A stretch of 64,000 nt of DNA from Longimicrobiales bacterium (lineage in GTDB: Bacteria > Gemmatimonadota > Gemmatimonadetes > Longimicrobiales > Gaopeijiaceae), in contig JAWLHJ010000003.1 of assembly GCA_041690395.1 (NCBI GenBank), positions 96,001 to 160,000 of the forward strand. The letters are read 5' to 3'. Shown here one piece after another: positions 44,666-54,132 of the stretch. Within the stretch, counting starts at the first letter, position 1; each line of letters begins with the position of its first letter. The position numbers and the translations under genes are program-made. The notes beneath the pieces are model-generated. The model was not told where the DNA came from, did no database searches, and saw nothing but the letters and a program-made list of their open reading frames with translations.

Positions 44666-47198
44666 GCGATCACGAAAGGGAAGGGGACGCAACGCGTCAG
44701 GCGGCACGGGGTCGAATGGCTCCGCGAACGGCGCGTCCGCGGGGGATGGTCCGCGCGACACGTCCGGGCGGCTCCCGCTCTGGCTCCCCGCCGGGCTTTT
44801 CGTCGCGCTCGGGCTCTTCGTCTTCCGCGACTTCGTGTTCAGCGACCGGATGCTCTTCGGCAGCGACACGCTCGGCCTCGGTTACGTCGCCCGTGCCTTC
44901 TACGCGGAGGCGCTGACGGAGCTGGGCACGTTCCCGCGGTGGGCGCCGCTCATTCTCGGGGGCACACCATTCCTGGAGGCGCTCTCGGGCGGCGACTCGC
45001 TCTATCCCCCGTCGCTCGCGCTGCTCATGCTGTTGGAGCCGTACCGGGCACTCGGCTGGAAGCTCGTCATCCACGTCATTGCTGCCGGCTTCTTCATGTT
45101 TGGCTGGGTGCGCGCGCTCGGAGCCTCGCGGGGCGCCGCGCTGCTCGGCGGAACGGCGTACATGCTCGCGCCGTTCTTCGTGAGCCTGGTCCACCCCGGC
45201 CACGACGGCAAGATGTTCGTCACGGCCCTCGCGCCGCTCCTCTTCTGGGCCGTGGAGCGGCACTTCGTGCGGGCGAGCCTGAAGAGCTTCGCGTCCATCG
45301 CGCTGGTCGTGGGGCTCATCCTGCTGACGACACACTTCCAGATGGCCTACTTCCTGTTCGGGGGCGTCGGGCTGTTCGCGATCTTCCGGACGGTTCAGGT
45401 AGCCCGGACGGCCCGTGAGACGACGGAATCCACCGGATCCAGTAACTCCAGCGGCTGGGTCCGCTCACCGGCCGCCTCGCGGTTCGCGCTCTTCCTCGGA
45501 GCGTCGTTGGTCGGCGCCGGTGTGGGCGGGGTCCAGCTCCTCCCGGCCGTCGACTACGTGACGGAGCACTCGCGGCGCGTCCAGACCACGCGGACGGCGT
45601 CCGGCGAGACCGGCGTCGACTGGTCGAGCTCCTGGTCCATCCACCCGGAGGAGGCGCTGTCGCTGGTCGTGCCCGAGTTCGCGGGCAACAACGCCGGTGG
45701 CGCCGCCTGGGCGGACAACACGTACTGGGGCCGCAACCCGTTCAAGGACAACCACGAGTACGCGGGCCTCATCGTCCTCCTGCTGGCTGCGGTCTCGTTC
45801 GCCGGCGGGGCCAGACCGGGGGTCCGTCGCTTCTTCCTCGGGCTCGGCGCGCTCGCGCTGCTTTTCGCTCTCGGCGCCAACACCCCCGTCTGGCGCGTCT
45901 TCTACGAGATCGTCCCGGGGATCCGGCTCTTCCGGGCGCCCTCCCAGGCGCTCTTCCTCTTCGGCTTCGCGGCCGTCACGCTCGCGGCACTCGGGACGGA
46001 TCGCCTTCTCGAGCTGGCGCGACGGCGCGACGACCCCGCCTGGGGAAAGGCGCTCAAGATCCTCGGTGGGATCACCGGCGGGCTCTTCCTGCTCGCGCTG
46101 CTCGTCAGCTCGGGCAGCTTCACCACGGTGTGGACGTCGACCATCTACGATCAGGTGCACCCGCAGCGTCTCGAAGTCATGCGAGGCCTCCTGCCGTACA
46201 TGACGCGGGGAGCCTGGGTCGCCGTGCTCCTCGCAGGCCTCACCACGGGCCTGGCGTGGGCGGCGCGACGGGGTGCGCTTTCGGGCTCGGCCCTCCTGGT
46301 CGGCCTCGTCACCCTGGCGGCAGTGGATGCCGTCCGTGTCGACTCGGCCTTCGTCGAGACGCTGGACTTCGACGAGTGGGCCGCCCCTGACCGGAACATC
46401 CAGGCCGTGCTCGACCGGGAGCGCGGGAGCGACGAGCCCTACCGCCTCCTGTCGTTCCGCCGTCAGGGCCAGGACGTTCGTCCGGCGCTACACGGAATCG
46501 AGCTCGCCGCGGGCCATCACCCGAACGACCTGGCGCGCTACCGCGAGCTCATCGGCATGGTCGGATCGTCGTTCCCGGAGAACCTCCTGAATCCGAACAT
46601 CCGCCGGATCCTGAACGTCCGCTACATCCTCTGGCCCGATCTCGAGATCGGGCAGTCGGTCGAGGGACCGGTCGTGTCCCGGACCACACTGGCGGACGGG
46701 CGCGTGTTGGAGACCATGCTGGCGGACGACGGCCTGCCGCGCGCGCGCCTGGTCGGTCAGTTCGTCGTCCGCGAGGACGATGAGGCAGTGGATTATCTGA
46801 TGTCCCCGGCGTTCGACCCGGCAGCCGAGGTGGTTCTCACCGAGGCGCCGCCGCGCGCTCCCGCCGGCCGGCCCGTCGAAGGGAGCGTCACCTGGCTGGA
46901 ACGCAGCCCGAACCGGATGCGGCTCGCCGTCGAGTCCGACGGCCCCGCGCTGCTCGTGATCGCAGACAACTGGTATCCGGCCTGGCGCGCCACCGTGAAC
47001 GAGGCGGAGGCCCCGGTCCTACGGGCCTACCACACGCTTCGCGCCGTGCCGGTCCCCGAAGGCGCTTCGTCGGTCGAGCTCGTCTACCGTTCGGGTATCG
47101 TCACGTGGAGCCTCTGGATGAGCGTTCTGCTCACGGCCGGCCTCCTGGTCGCCCTCGGCCTGGGCCTGCGCCCGAGCGCGCGGACCGGTGAGCCCTGA
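44658..47198 (+). CDS. YfhO-family (GT-C-like) membrane protein
   Basis: Many TM helices, PRWAP..GGTP, LFRAP, C-terminal WYPAWRATVN..YHTLRAVPVP. Confidence 0.8.
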   Translation: MAERSRKGRGRNASGGTGSNGSANGASAGDGPRDTSGRLPLWLPAGLFVALGLFVFRDFVFSDRMLFGSDTLGLGYVARAFYAEALTELGTFPRWAPLILGGTPFLEALSGGDSLYPPSLALLMLLEPYRALGWKLVIHVIAAGFFMFGWVRALGASRGAALLGGTAYMLAPFFVSLVHPGHDGKMFVTALAPLLFWAVERHFVRASLKSFASIALVVGLILLTTHFQMAYFLFGGVGLFAIFRTVQVARTARETTESTGSSNSSGWVRSPAASRFALFLGASLVGAGVGGVQLLPAVDYVTEHSRRVQTTRTASGETGVDWSSSWSIHPEEALSLVVPEFAGNNAGGAAWADNTYWGRNPFKDNHEYAGLIVLLLAAVSFAGGARPGVRRFFLGLGALALLFALGANTPVWRVFYEIVPGIRLFRAPSQALFLFGFAAVTLAALGTDRLLELARRRDDPAWGKALKILGGITGGLFLLALLVSSGSFTTVWTSTIYDQVHPQRLEVMRGLLPYMTRGAWVAVLLAGLTTGLAWAARRGALSGSALLVGLVTLAAVDAVRVDSAFVETLDFDEWAAPDRNIQAVLDRERGSDEPYRLLSFRRQGQDVRPALHGIELAAGHHPNDLARYRELIGMVGSSFPENLLNPNIRRILNVRYILWPDLEIGQSVEGPVVSRTTLADGRVLETMLADDGLPRARLVGQFVVREDDEAVDYLMSPAFDPAAEVVLTEAPPRAPAGRPVEGSVTWLERSPNRMRLAVESDGPALLVIADNWYPAWRATVNEAEAPVLRAYHTLRAVPVPEGASSVELVYRSGIVTWSLWMSVLLTAGLLVALGLGLRPSARTGEP

Positions 47199-48127
47199 AG
47201 ACCTGGGCGCTTCGCGCGGGCCAGCTCGCGCTCACGGCGCTCGTCACGTGGTTCATCGTGGCGCGCATGGGTCCCGGGATCTCGGAGCTGCGCGCCCTGG
47301 GTCCCGGGAGCTGGCAGCTCCGGGCCCTCCCGCTCGCGGCGTCCGTGGTCGCCCTGTCCGCCGCGTATTTCATGTCCGCCGCGATCTGGGGTCGCATCGT
47401 GTCCGACCTCGGAGGGCCGACGCTCGCCCCCCGTGTCTCGGTTCCGCTCTTCATGGTGGCCAACCTGGGCCGGTACCTGCCCGGGAAGGTCTGGCAGATT
47501 GCGGGGCTCGCAGCGCTCGCCAGCCGCAGGGGCGTCGCCGTGGCGACCGCGACGGCGGCCGCGGTCGCGGGGCAGGGGGCCGCGCTTCTCGCCGCGACGG
47601 CGCTCGGCACCGTGGCCCTGCTGCGGAGCCCTGCGCCCTACCCGATGTGGGGGCTGGTCGCGCTCGGACTCGTCGTCACGGCACTCGCATTGGCGTCTGT
47701 TCCCGCGGTCTACGCACGAGTGCTGGGAGCCTGGTTCCGCCTCGCTCGCGCGGAGCGGCCCGATGTCATGACGCCGACACAGGGCCTCGTCTGGCTCCTT
47801 CTCACCCTGGGCAGCTGGGTCGTCTACGCGGGGTCGTTCTGGCTGCTCGCGGTAGGGCTCGGCCTGGACCTCTCTCCGGTGACGGCCGGATCTTCGTTCG
47901 CTGCTGCATACGTGCTGGGATATCTGATGGTGTTCGCGCCCGCCGGCCTCGGGCCGCGAGAAGGGTTCCTGATCCTCTTCCTGGCGCCGCAGGTGGGCGC
48001 CGGTCCGGCGGGCATGGTCGCCGTCGCTGCTCGGGTGTGGACCACGCTCGTGGAGGTCGTCCCGGCGGGAGCCTTCTGGGTCGCGGGGGCCGCGGGCGTG
48101 AGGGGAGCGAGGAGGAGTGATGGCTGA
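47195..48127 (+). CDS. Lysylphosphatidylglycerol-synthase-TM/flippase-like membrane protein
   Basis: NLGRYLPG and PAGLGPRE motifs; start taken as CTG 47195 (alternative GTG 47258). Confidence 0.78.
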   Translation: MKTWALRAGQLALTALVTWFIVARMGPGISELRALGPGSWQLRALPLAASVVALSAAYFMSAAIWGRIVSDLGGPTLAPRVSVPLFMVANLGRYLPGKVWQIAGLAALASRRGVAVATATAAAVAGQGAALLAATALGTVALLRSPAPYPMWGLVALGLVVTALALASVPAVYARVLGAWFRLARAERPDVMTPTQGLVWLLLTLGSWVVYAGSFWLLAVGLGLDLSPVTAGSSFAAAYVLGYLMVFAPAGLGPREGFLILFLAPQVGAGPAGMVAVAARVWTTLVEVVPAGAFWVAGAAGVRGARRSDG

Positions 48128-48845
48128 GGAACGCTTCCTGGTGATCGTCCCGACGTACAACGAGATCGACAGCCTTCCGAGGAAGGTGCCGTTGATTCTC
48201 GAGCAGGACCCGCGCGTCGAGGTGCTGGTGGTCGACGACGCCTCACCGGACGGCACTGGCGTGCTGGCCGACGACCTGGCGCGACAGAATCCACGCGTGC
48301 ACGTGCTGCACCGGGCGGGCAAGGAAGGGTTGGGCCCGGCCTACCTCGCCGGCTTCCGTTGGGGCCTCGAACGATCGTACGATCTCCTCTTCGAGATGGA
48401 CGCCGACATCTCGCACCCGCCCGAAGCGCTCCCGCGCATGATCGATCTGTCCGGGGCGTTCGACGTCGTCGTAGGCTCACGCTACGTCGATGGGCGCGTG
48501 ACCGTATCGAACTGGCCCATGAGCCGGCTGCTCGTGAGCTACTTCGGGTCATGGTACGCCCGCACGATCACGGGCATGCCGGTGCGTGACGCCACGGGCG
48601 GCTTCAACGGCTGGCGGCGGCGGGTCCTCGAGGCCGTCGACCTCGATCGTGTCCAGTCGAACGGCTACGCCTTCCAGATCGAGCTCAAGTACCGCGCGTT
48701 CCGGAAGGGCTTCAAGCTCGTCGAGACGCCCATCCTGTTCACCGAGCGGGACTTCGGTGAGTCCAAGATGTCGAAGAAGATCGTTCGGGAGGCCATCTGG
48801 CGGGTCTGGTGGCTGCGCCTCCAGGCGATCTTCGGGCGGCTGTGA
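48120..48845 (+). CDS. Polyprenol-phosphate mannose synthase-like GT2
   Basis: IVPTYNE, DDASPDGTG, GLGPAY, MDADISH, DATGGF, GYAFQIE. Confidence 0.92.
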   Translation: MAEERFLVIVPTYNEIDSLPRKVPLILEQDPRVEVLVVDDASPDGTGVLADDLARQNPRVHVLHRAGKEGLGPAYLAGFRWGLERSYDLLFEMDADISHPPEALPRMIDLSGAFDVVVGSRYVDGRVTVSNWPMSRLLVSYFGSWYARTITGMPVRDATGGFNGWRRRVLEAVDLDRVQSNGYAFQIELKYRAFRKGFKLVETPILFTERDFGESKMSKKIVREAIWRVWWLRLQAIFGRL

Positions 48846-48870
48846 GCATCGTGATGTCTGGAGGTCGAGC

Positions 48871-49620
48871 GTGAGCGGCAAGGAGATCGATCGGGAGTAC
48901 TACGACTCGAGCGACTACTTCGAGGGCAAGGGAGCCGAGCACATCGTCGACGTCGACTCGCCGTTCCAGCGCTACCGCCTCCAGAAGGTCCTCGAGATCC
49001 ACGAGCCCCGGACCGGCGCCCGAGTCGTGGACCTCGGATGCGGGTGGGGAACCTTCTCGTTCGCGCTCGCCGAGCGGGGCCTCGAAGTCGTGGGAGTCGA
49101 CTTCAGCCGACGCTCCATCGACTTCTGCGAAGCCCGCCAGGAGGCGGGCGACGTGCCCGGGCTGTCTTTCTTGTGCGCGGACGCGGGAGATACGGGGCTC
49201 GCCGGCGGAGCTTGGGACGTGGTCATCGCTGCGGATCTCTTCGAGCACCTGTATCCGGACGACTCGGCGAGGGTGGCGCGTGAAGCGTTCCGCCTCCTGA
49301 AGCCGGGCGGATGCTTCAGCACCTGGACGCCGCATCGTGGCCACATCCTCGAGATCCTCAAGAACAACGAGATTTTCCTCTCGCGCGACGTCACCCACGT
49401 CGATTACAAGTCGATGGGCCGGATGCGGAGCCTGCTGGAGGACGCGGGCTTCCAGATCGAGAAGGCGTATTTCGCGGAGTCGCACGTTCCAGGCCTTCGG
49501 ACCGCGGAACGACTGTTGCAGGGGTGGGTGCCCATGCTGAGACGGCGGATCGCGGTGCTCGGGCGCAAGCCGCTGGAGTCCGCGACGACCGGCGACGGAA
49601 CCCGACGACCCGCCGCATGA
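48871..49620 (+). CDS. Class I SAM-dependent methyltransferase
   Basis: VVDLGCGWG, GVDFS, LFEHL, LLKPGG. Confidence 0.9.
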   Translation: MSGKEIDREYYDSSDYFEGKGAEHIVDVDSPFQRYRLQKVLEIHEPRTGARVVDLGCGWGTFSFALAERGLEVVGVDFSRRSIDFCEARQEAGDVPGLSFLCADAGDTGLAGGAWDVVIAADLFEHLYPDDSARVAREAFRLLKPGGCFSTWTPHRGHILEILKNNEIFLSRDVTHVDYKSMGRMRSLLEDAGFQIEKAYFAESHVPGLRTAERLLQGWVPMLRRRIAVLGRKPLESATTGDGTRRPAA

Positions 49621-50117
49621 GCTGGGAGATCGAGCGTCGCTTCCTGGTGCGCGTGTCCCCGGACGGATGGGAGGCCCTGGGACCTGGGCGTCCCTTACGC
49701 CAGGGATACGTCGTCGCGGGGCCGCGCACGGTGCGGATTCGGGTCGGAGAGGAGCGTGGACCCGTCCTCACGTGCAAGAGCGGCTCGGGGGTGCGCCGGC
49801 GCGAGGTGGAGCAAACGGTGACGGAGGAGATGGCCGCGGCGCTCTTCGAGGTCGCCGGCGGGCGGGTCATTGAGAAGGTCCGGCATCGGTCGGGGGCCTG
49901 GGAGGTCGATCGCTTCACGGGCCCGCTCACGGGGTTGGCGCTCCTGGAGATCGAGCTCGACGACCCCGACGCCTTGCTGCCAGAGTGGCCGGACGCCGTC
50001 TCGGTATTACGTGAGGTGACGACCGATAACCGATTCACTAGCAGTGGCTTGGCATCTTTGACCGAAGAGAAACAGGAGCGATGGGTGAACGACGTGTACA
50101 GGGAAGCGGAAGGATGA
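49617..50117 (+). CDS. CYTH-domain protein
   Basis: EIERRFLV, RQGY, VRIR, WEVDRF, LEIEL. Confidence 0.88.
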   Translation: MSWEIERRFLVRVSPDGWEALGPGRPLRQGYVVAGPRTVRIRVGEERGPVLTCKSGSGVRRREVEQTVTEEMAAALFEVAGGRVIEKVRHRSGAWEVDRFTGPLTGLALLEIELDDPDALLPEWPDAVSVLREVTTDNRFTSSGLASLTEEKQERWVNDVYREAEG

Positions 50118-50638
50118 GCCGCATCGGTGCGGCCATGGTCGTCGTGCTCGCCGGCGCGGGCTGTACGATGGTCGGGTCTCCGGAGCTCGTGTCGCCGCCG
50201 CCCGCGCCGTCCGATATCGCGAACGCGGTCCCGCGCGTGGAGCCACCCGCCCGCCAGGGCAACATGGCCCAGTACGAGCAGAGCGGGAGGCAATACCACG
50301 TCATGGACAGCTCGTACCTGTACGACGAGCGCGGCGTGGCGTCGTGGTACGGGAACGACTTCCACGGGCGTCCCACGAGCAGCGGCGAAGCCTACGACAT
50401 GAACCTGATGACCGCCGCGCACCGGACGCTTCCGTTACCGACCTACGTGGAGGTCACGAACCTCGCGAACGGGAGGACCGCGATCGTCCGGGTGAACGAT
50501 CGCGGGCCGTTCCACGACCCGGACAGCCGAATCATCGACGTGTCGTACGCGGCAGCCGTCAAGCTGGGTATGGTGGGGTCCGGGACGACGCCCGTACGGG
50601 TCCGGGCGCTGGAGCCGTGGCAGACACGGGTCCCATGA
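50114..50638 (+). CDS. rlpA: RlpA-family lipoprotein (DPBB domain, no SPOR domain)
   Basis: Lipobox GAGC; GVASWYG, TAAHRTLPLP, VNDRGPF, IIDVSY. Confidence 0.92.
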   Translation: MSRIGAAMVVVLAGAGCTMVGSPELVSPPPAPSDIANAVPRVEPPARQGNMAQYEQSGRQYHVMDSSYLYDERGVASWYGNDFHGRPTSSGEAYDMNLMTAAHRTLPLPTYVEVTNLANGRTAIVRVNDRGPFHDPDSRIIDVSYAAAVKLGMVGSGTTPVRVRALEPWQTRVP

Positions 50639-50761
50639 TCAGCGGACGAAGGCACCGTTCGGGAAGGGGGACTCGTCGTCCTGCACGGCGTGAGCGTGAT
50701 GCCGGCGGAGGTGGGGTATCGGGCCGGAGCGGCCGTCGGATACTCACCCCTCCAACTCCGA

Positions 50762-50789
50762 ATGCAACATAATATGTATTATGCGAAGG
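50762..50789 (-). other. Chromosome dimer resolution site dif (XerCD)
   Basis: Minus strand CCTTCGCATAA-TACATA-TTATGTTGCAT versus E. coli GGTGCGCATAA-TGTATA-TTATGTTAAAT; 11-6-11 layout; intergenic AT-rich patch. Confidence 0.9.
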
Positions 50790-50811
50790 TACGTTGGGCA
50801 TAAAAACGCCC

Positions 50812-50852
50812 GCCCAGGAGGCCTCGCGGGTCCTGAACGGGCTGCTGCGATC
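50812..50852 (-). terminator. Intrinsic terminator for the minus-strand YfgM-like gene
   Basis: Minus-strand 12-bp stem GCCCGTTCAGGA/TCCTGGGCGGGC (two G-U pairs) followed by GTTTTT. Confidence 0.7.
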
Positions 50853-50876
50853 TCTACCGCATCGCTGCGAAGAGGC

Positions 50877-51572
50877 TCAGGTGTTCTGGCGCGCTTCCAG
50901 CTCCGCGATCCGCATCTCGAAGTGTCCGCGCAGCGGATCGCCCTCTTCGAGGCGGTCCCGCGCACGCTCGTAGAGCTCGATGGCACCCGTGACGTTGCCT
51001 TGGTCGGCGCGAATCCGGGCCGCCGATGAGAGTGCCTCACCGACCTGGAACGAGAGCTCCGACCGATCCGCGATCCTGAGGTAGGTCGCCTCGGCGTCGG
51101 CCCACGCTTCCTCCTGCTCGTACGCCTTCGCGAGCAGCATGGCGGCCTGGAGCTCGATCGGATCGCGCGGGCGGGAGCCGATGGGCTCGAGCACGGCCTC
51201 GGCCTGCTGTGCCTGACCTTGCCGCAGATAGAGGTCGCCGAGTAGCAGGCGGGCTTCGCCTTCGTACGCCGTGCTTCCGTAGCGCTCGAGGAACGTCACC
51301 AGCTGGTCGCGCGCGCCCTGTTCGTCCTGGATCGCGATCGACTGATGGACGGCTTCGAGCGACTGGGCCGCCTGTTGGTCCATCGATCGCCGATAGTTGC
51401 CGTAGTAGATCACCCCCGCTACGGCGATCACCGCGAGCACCCCCAGGACGGTCATGACCTGCTGGTTGGCCTGGGCCCACTTGCCGAGCTCCAGGACCCG
51501 CGCGATGAAGAGATCGTCGGGCTCACCTTCGCTCTGCTTGTTCCGGCTCTGACCGGGTTGCCGCTTGGACAT
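50877..51572 (-). CDS. YfgM-like single-TM TPR protein
   Basis: W..N followed by one TM helix, then TPR-like helices (YGST.Y...ARLLLGDLY). Confidence 0.75.
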   Translation of the reverse strand: MSKRQPGQSRNKQSEGEPDDLFIARVLELGKWAQANQQVMTVLGVLAVIAVAGVIYYGNYRRSMDQQAAQSLEAVHQSIAIQDEQGARDQLVTFLERYGSTAYEGEARLLLGDLYLRQGQAQQAEAVLEPIGSRPRDPIELQAAMLLAKAYEQEEAWADAEATYLRIADRSELSFQVGEALSSAARIRADQGNVTGAIELYERARDRLEEGDPLRGHFEMRIAELEARQNT

Positions 51573-51726
51573 GGACGAGGTCCGCTGAGGGTTCGTGAGG
51601 GGGCGCCACCGGGTTGGTGAAGCGGCTGAAAAGCTAGGTGTGGGGCCGATCCCGGTCAACGAGGGATTGGCATGGCGGCGCGCGGTCACGAGGTTCCGAA
51701 ACCATACCATCAAAGGAGCAAGCTCA

Positions 51727-52098
51727 ATGGAACGGGTCTTCCTGGGACTGGGCGCCGCGTTCGCGGGGCTGGCCGTCGCGCTCGGCGCATTCGGCGCGCA
51801 CGCCCTGCGGGCGACGCTGAGTGAGCAGGACCTCGCGACCTTCGAGACCGGGGCGCGCTATCAGATGTATCACGCGCTCGCATTGATCGCGGTGGCTTGG
51901 GCCGTCGGACGCTGGCCCGGCGTGACCTCGATCACCGCGGCGGGCTGGTCGTTCGTCGTGGGTATCCTCGTCTTCTCGGGCAGCCTTTACGTGCTGGTGT
52001 TGGCCGGCCAGCGGTGGCTAGGCGCGGTGACGCCGCTCGGTGGCGTGGCGTTCCTCGTGGGCTGGCTGCTCCTTCTCTGGTCCACGTTCCGAGCATGA
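51727..52098 (+). CDS. DUF423 (YgdD/TMEM256) membrane protein
   Basis: LGAFGAH, YQMYHAL, FSGSLY, GAVTPLGG. Confidence 0.92.
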   Translation: MERVFLGLGAAFAGLAVALGAFGAHALRATLSEQDLATFETGARYQMYHALALIAVAWAVGRWPGVTSITAAGWSFVVGILVFSGSLYVLVLAGQRWLGAVTPLGGVAFLVGWLLLLWSTFRA

Positions 52099-52889
52099 CG
52101 GGTCGGCGGGCCGAGGCCCGTGAGCTCCTGGCCAATGCCGAACGGGTCGTCGTGCTGACCGGCGCGGGCGTTTCCGCCGAGTCCGGGGTGCCGACCTTCC
52201 GGGACGCCACGACCGGGCTCTGGCGCTCCCATCGGCCTGAAGACCTCGCGACACCGGAGGCGTTCCGTCGCGATCCGGAGCTCGTCTGGTCCTGGTACCA
52301 GTGGCGGCGCCGGCTGGTCGGCCGGTGCGAGCCGAACGCCGGGCACCTGGCCATCGCCCGTTTCGCCCTCGCGCACGGCAACGTGGACCTGGTCACCCAG
52401 AACGTCGACGGGCTGCACCACCGGGCGGCTCTCGCGGCCGCCCTGGAGACGTCACCCCCGAAGGACCCCCTGCCCGCTTTCCCCACCGAGCTCCACGGCG
52501 CCCTCATGCGCGACCGCTGCTCCGGATGCGGTCTGCGAAGCGACGGGGCGCCGCCGGACGGGCCCGAGGTCGGTCCCGACGAGCGCGTGCCCGTCGTCCA
52601 CTGCTCGGAGTGCGACGCCCTGCTCCGTCCGGACGTCGTCTGGTTCGGGGAGGCGCTCGACGCCTCGGCTCTGGAGGATGCATTCACGGCCGCCGGCACG
52701 GCGGACGTCTGCCTCGTGGTCGGCACGAGCTCGCTCGTCTATCCCGCAGCCGGGATCCCGCGGGCCGCGCTCGGGGCGGACCGGCCGGTGATCGAGGTGA
52801 ATATGGAGACCACCCCGCTCACCCCGCACGCGACCTACACGCTCAACGGGCCCGCGGGGCGCATCCTACCCGAGTTGCTCGCGACCTGA
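52095..52889 (+). CDS. cobB: NAD-dependent protein deacylase (class III sirtuin)
   Basis: GAGVSAESGVPTFR, WYQWR (YxxR), QNVDGLH, ELHG, CxxC...CxxC, RPDVVWFGE. Confidence 0.92.
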   Translation: MTGRRAEARELLANAERVVVLTGAGVSAESGVPTFRDATTGLWRSHRPEDLATPEAFRRDPELVWSWYQWRRRLVGRCEPNAGHLAIARFALAHGNVDLVTQNVDGLHHRAALAAALETSPPKDPLPAFPTELHGALMRDRCSGCGLRSDGAPPDGPEVGPDERVPVVHCSECDALLRPDVVWFGEALDASALEDAFTAAGTADVCLVVGTSSLVYPAAGIPRAALGADRPVIEVNMETTPLTPHATYTLNGPAGRILPELLAT

Positions 52890-52946
52890 CGGCGCGCCGG
52901 GGGGGCATCAGCCGCCGTCGGCGCGCCCCACCCCACTCGTCTCGCC

Positions 52947-53969
52947 TCAGCGCTCGGTCGCGCCACGTGCGAGCTCGGCCTCGGCCGCCTGGTATCCGAA
53001 GGCAGACCACTGGCTCCGCCCCTCGAGGATGTTCCGGAACGTCGCTTCCGCGTCCTCGAGCCGCCCCTCCACCAGGTGCCAGGCGCCGATTCCGTACGCC
53101 ATGGTCGTACCCTGCAGCGTCGCCTGCCCGCCATCGGGCCCGGTCAGGTCCTCGAGGGTGCGCTCACCCTTGAAGAGAAGGAGCAGGTCGAGATAGGCCG
53201 TGCTCTCGATGATCTCCATATCCTCGTCGATGGTCTCGAGTAGCGCCGCGGCCTCCTGGTCCTGGCCGAGCCTCCGGAGCGTCAGGTACAGCCAATACGA
53301 GGTCGCCACCACGGAATCGGGGTGGACGGAGACGTCCAGACACGCCCGATACGCCTCCTCGGCCGCCTCGAAGTCACCACGCAAGTAATGCGCGAGGCCG
53401 AGGTGGTACCAGATGTTGAAGTGGAGCGTGCTCGTGGGCGTGTTCATCGCGTTCGGAAGCCCGTCCGGCTCCACTTCGTCCTCGGTGCCCTCGATGAGCT
53501 CGACGGCGCGCTCGAAGTCGGCGATCGCCTTGCTGGGCTCCCGCACGCTCAGGTACCGGTGGCCCCGATGCCGGTAGAGACGAGCGTCCTCGGGGTGCAG
53601 CGACATGGCGTGCGTGAAGATGTCGATCGCTTCCCGGTACTGCCCGAGATACGCGGTCCGCCGTCCCATCCAGATCAACGCGTCGACATCGTTCGGATCG
53701 GCGGCGAGGTCGGCCTCGGCCTCCGCGTAGCGCGCCAGGTAGGTCTCACGGACGGATTCGGGGAGCTCCGGCGCCGTCAGCGTGTCGCCGAGGAAAGAGA
53801 TCGCCTCCGCCCCCGCCGGAACGCTCGATGTCTCCTGAAGGCCCGACGCCACCGTTGCGGACGTCTCCGAAGCGCCGGGAGCCCCGCCGTCGTCAGGGGC
53901 GTCGCCCCCGCAGGCACTCAGGATCAGAAGCGCGGGAGCCGTCAGAAGTCGCCGGATTCGAAACGCCAT
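52947..53969 (-). CDS. TPR-repeat lipoprotein
   Basis: Lipobox LSAC; TPR-like repeats (YRHRGHRY, WYHLGLAHY). Confidence 0.8.
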   Translation of the reverse strand: MAFRIRRLLTAPALLILSACGGDAPDDGGAPGASETSATVASGLQETSSVPAGAEAISFLGDTLTAPELPESVRETYLARYAEAEADLAADPNDVDALIWMGRRTAYLGQYREAIDIFTHAMSLHPEDARLYRHRGHRYLSVREPSKAIADFERAVELIEGTEDEVEPDGLPNAMNTPTSTLHFNIWYHLGLAHYLRGDFEAAEEAYRACLDVSVHPDSVVATSYWLYLTLRRLGQDQEAAALLETIDEDMEIIESTAYLDLLLLFKGERTLEDLTGPDGGQATLQGTTMAYGIGAWHLVEGRLEDAEATFRNILEGRSQWSAFGYQAAEAELARGATER

Positions 53970-54132
53970 GGGTGCCTCAACGTGGGTGGAGCGATGAACG
54001 GATCCCGGCAAGCTGCGCTGCGGAAGCGCTCGCCACAATGGCGCACAGGTACCTCCAAGGCATCGCGCGGGATATCTTTTCTGGCTGATCCATCCGCGAA
54101 CCCACGTCCCGAGACCAAACCCGAGCCTCTCG

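Noticed and set aside
51668..51685. Sigma-54 promoter (TGGCAT) upstream of the DUF423 gene
   Set aside because: It lacks the TTGC -12 element at the required spacing.
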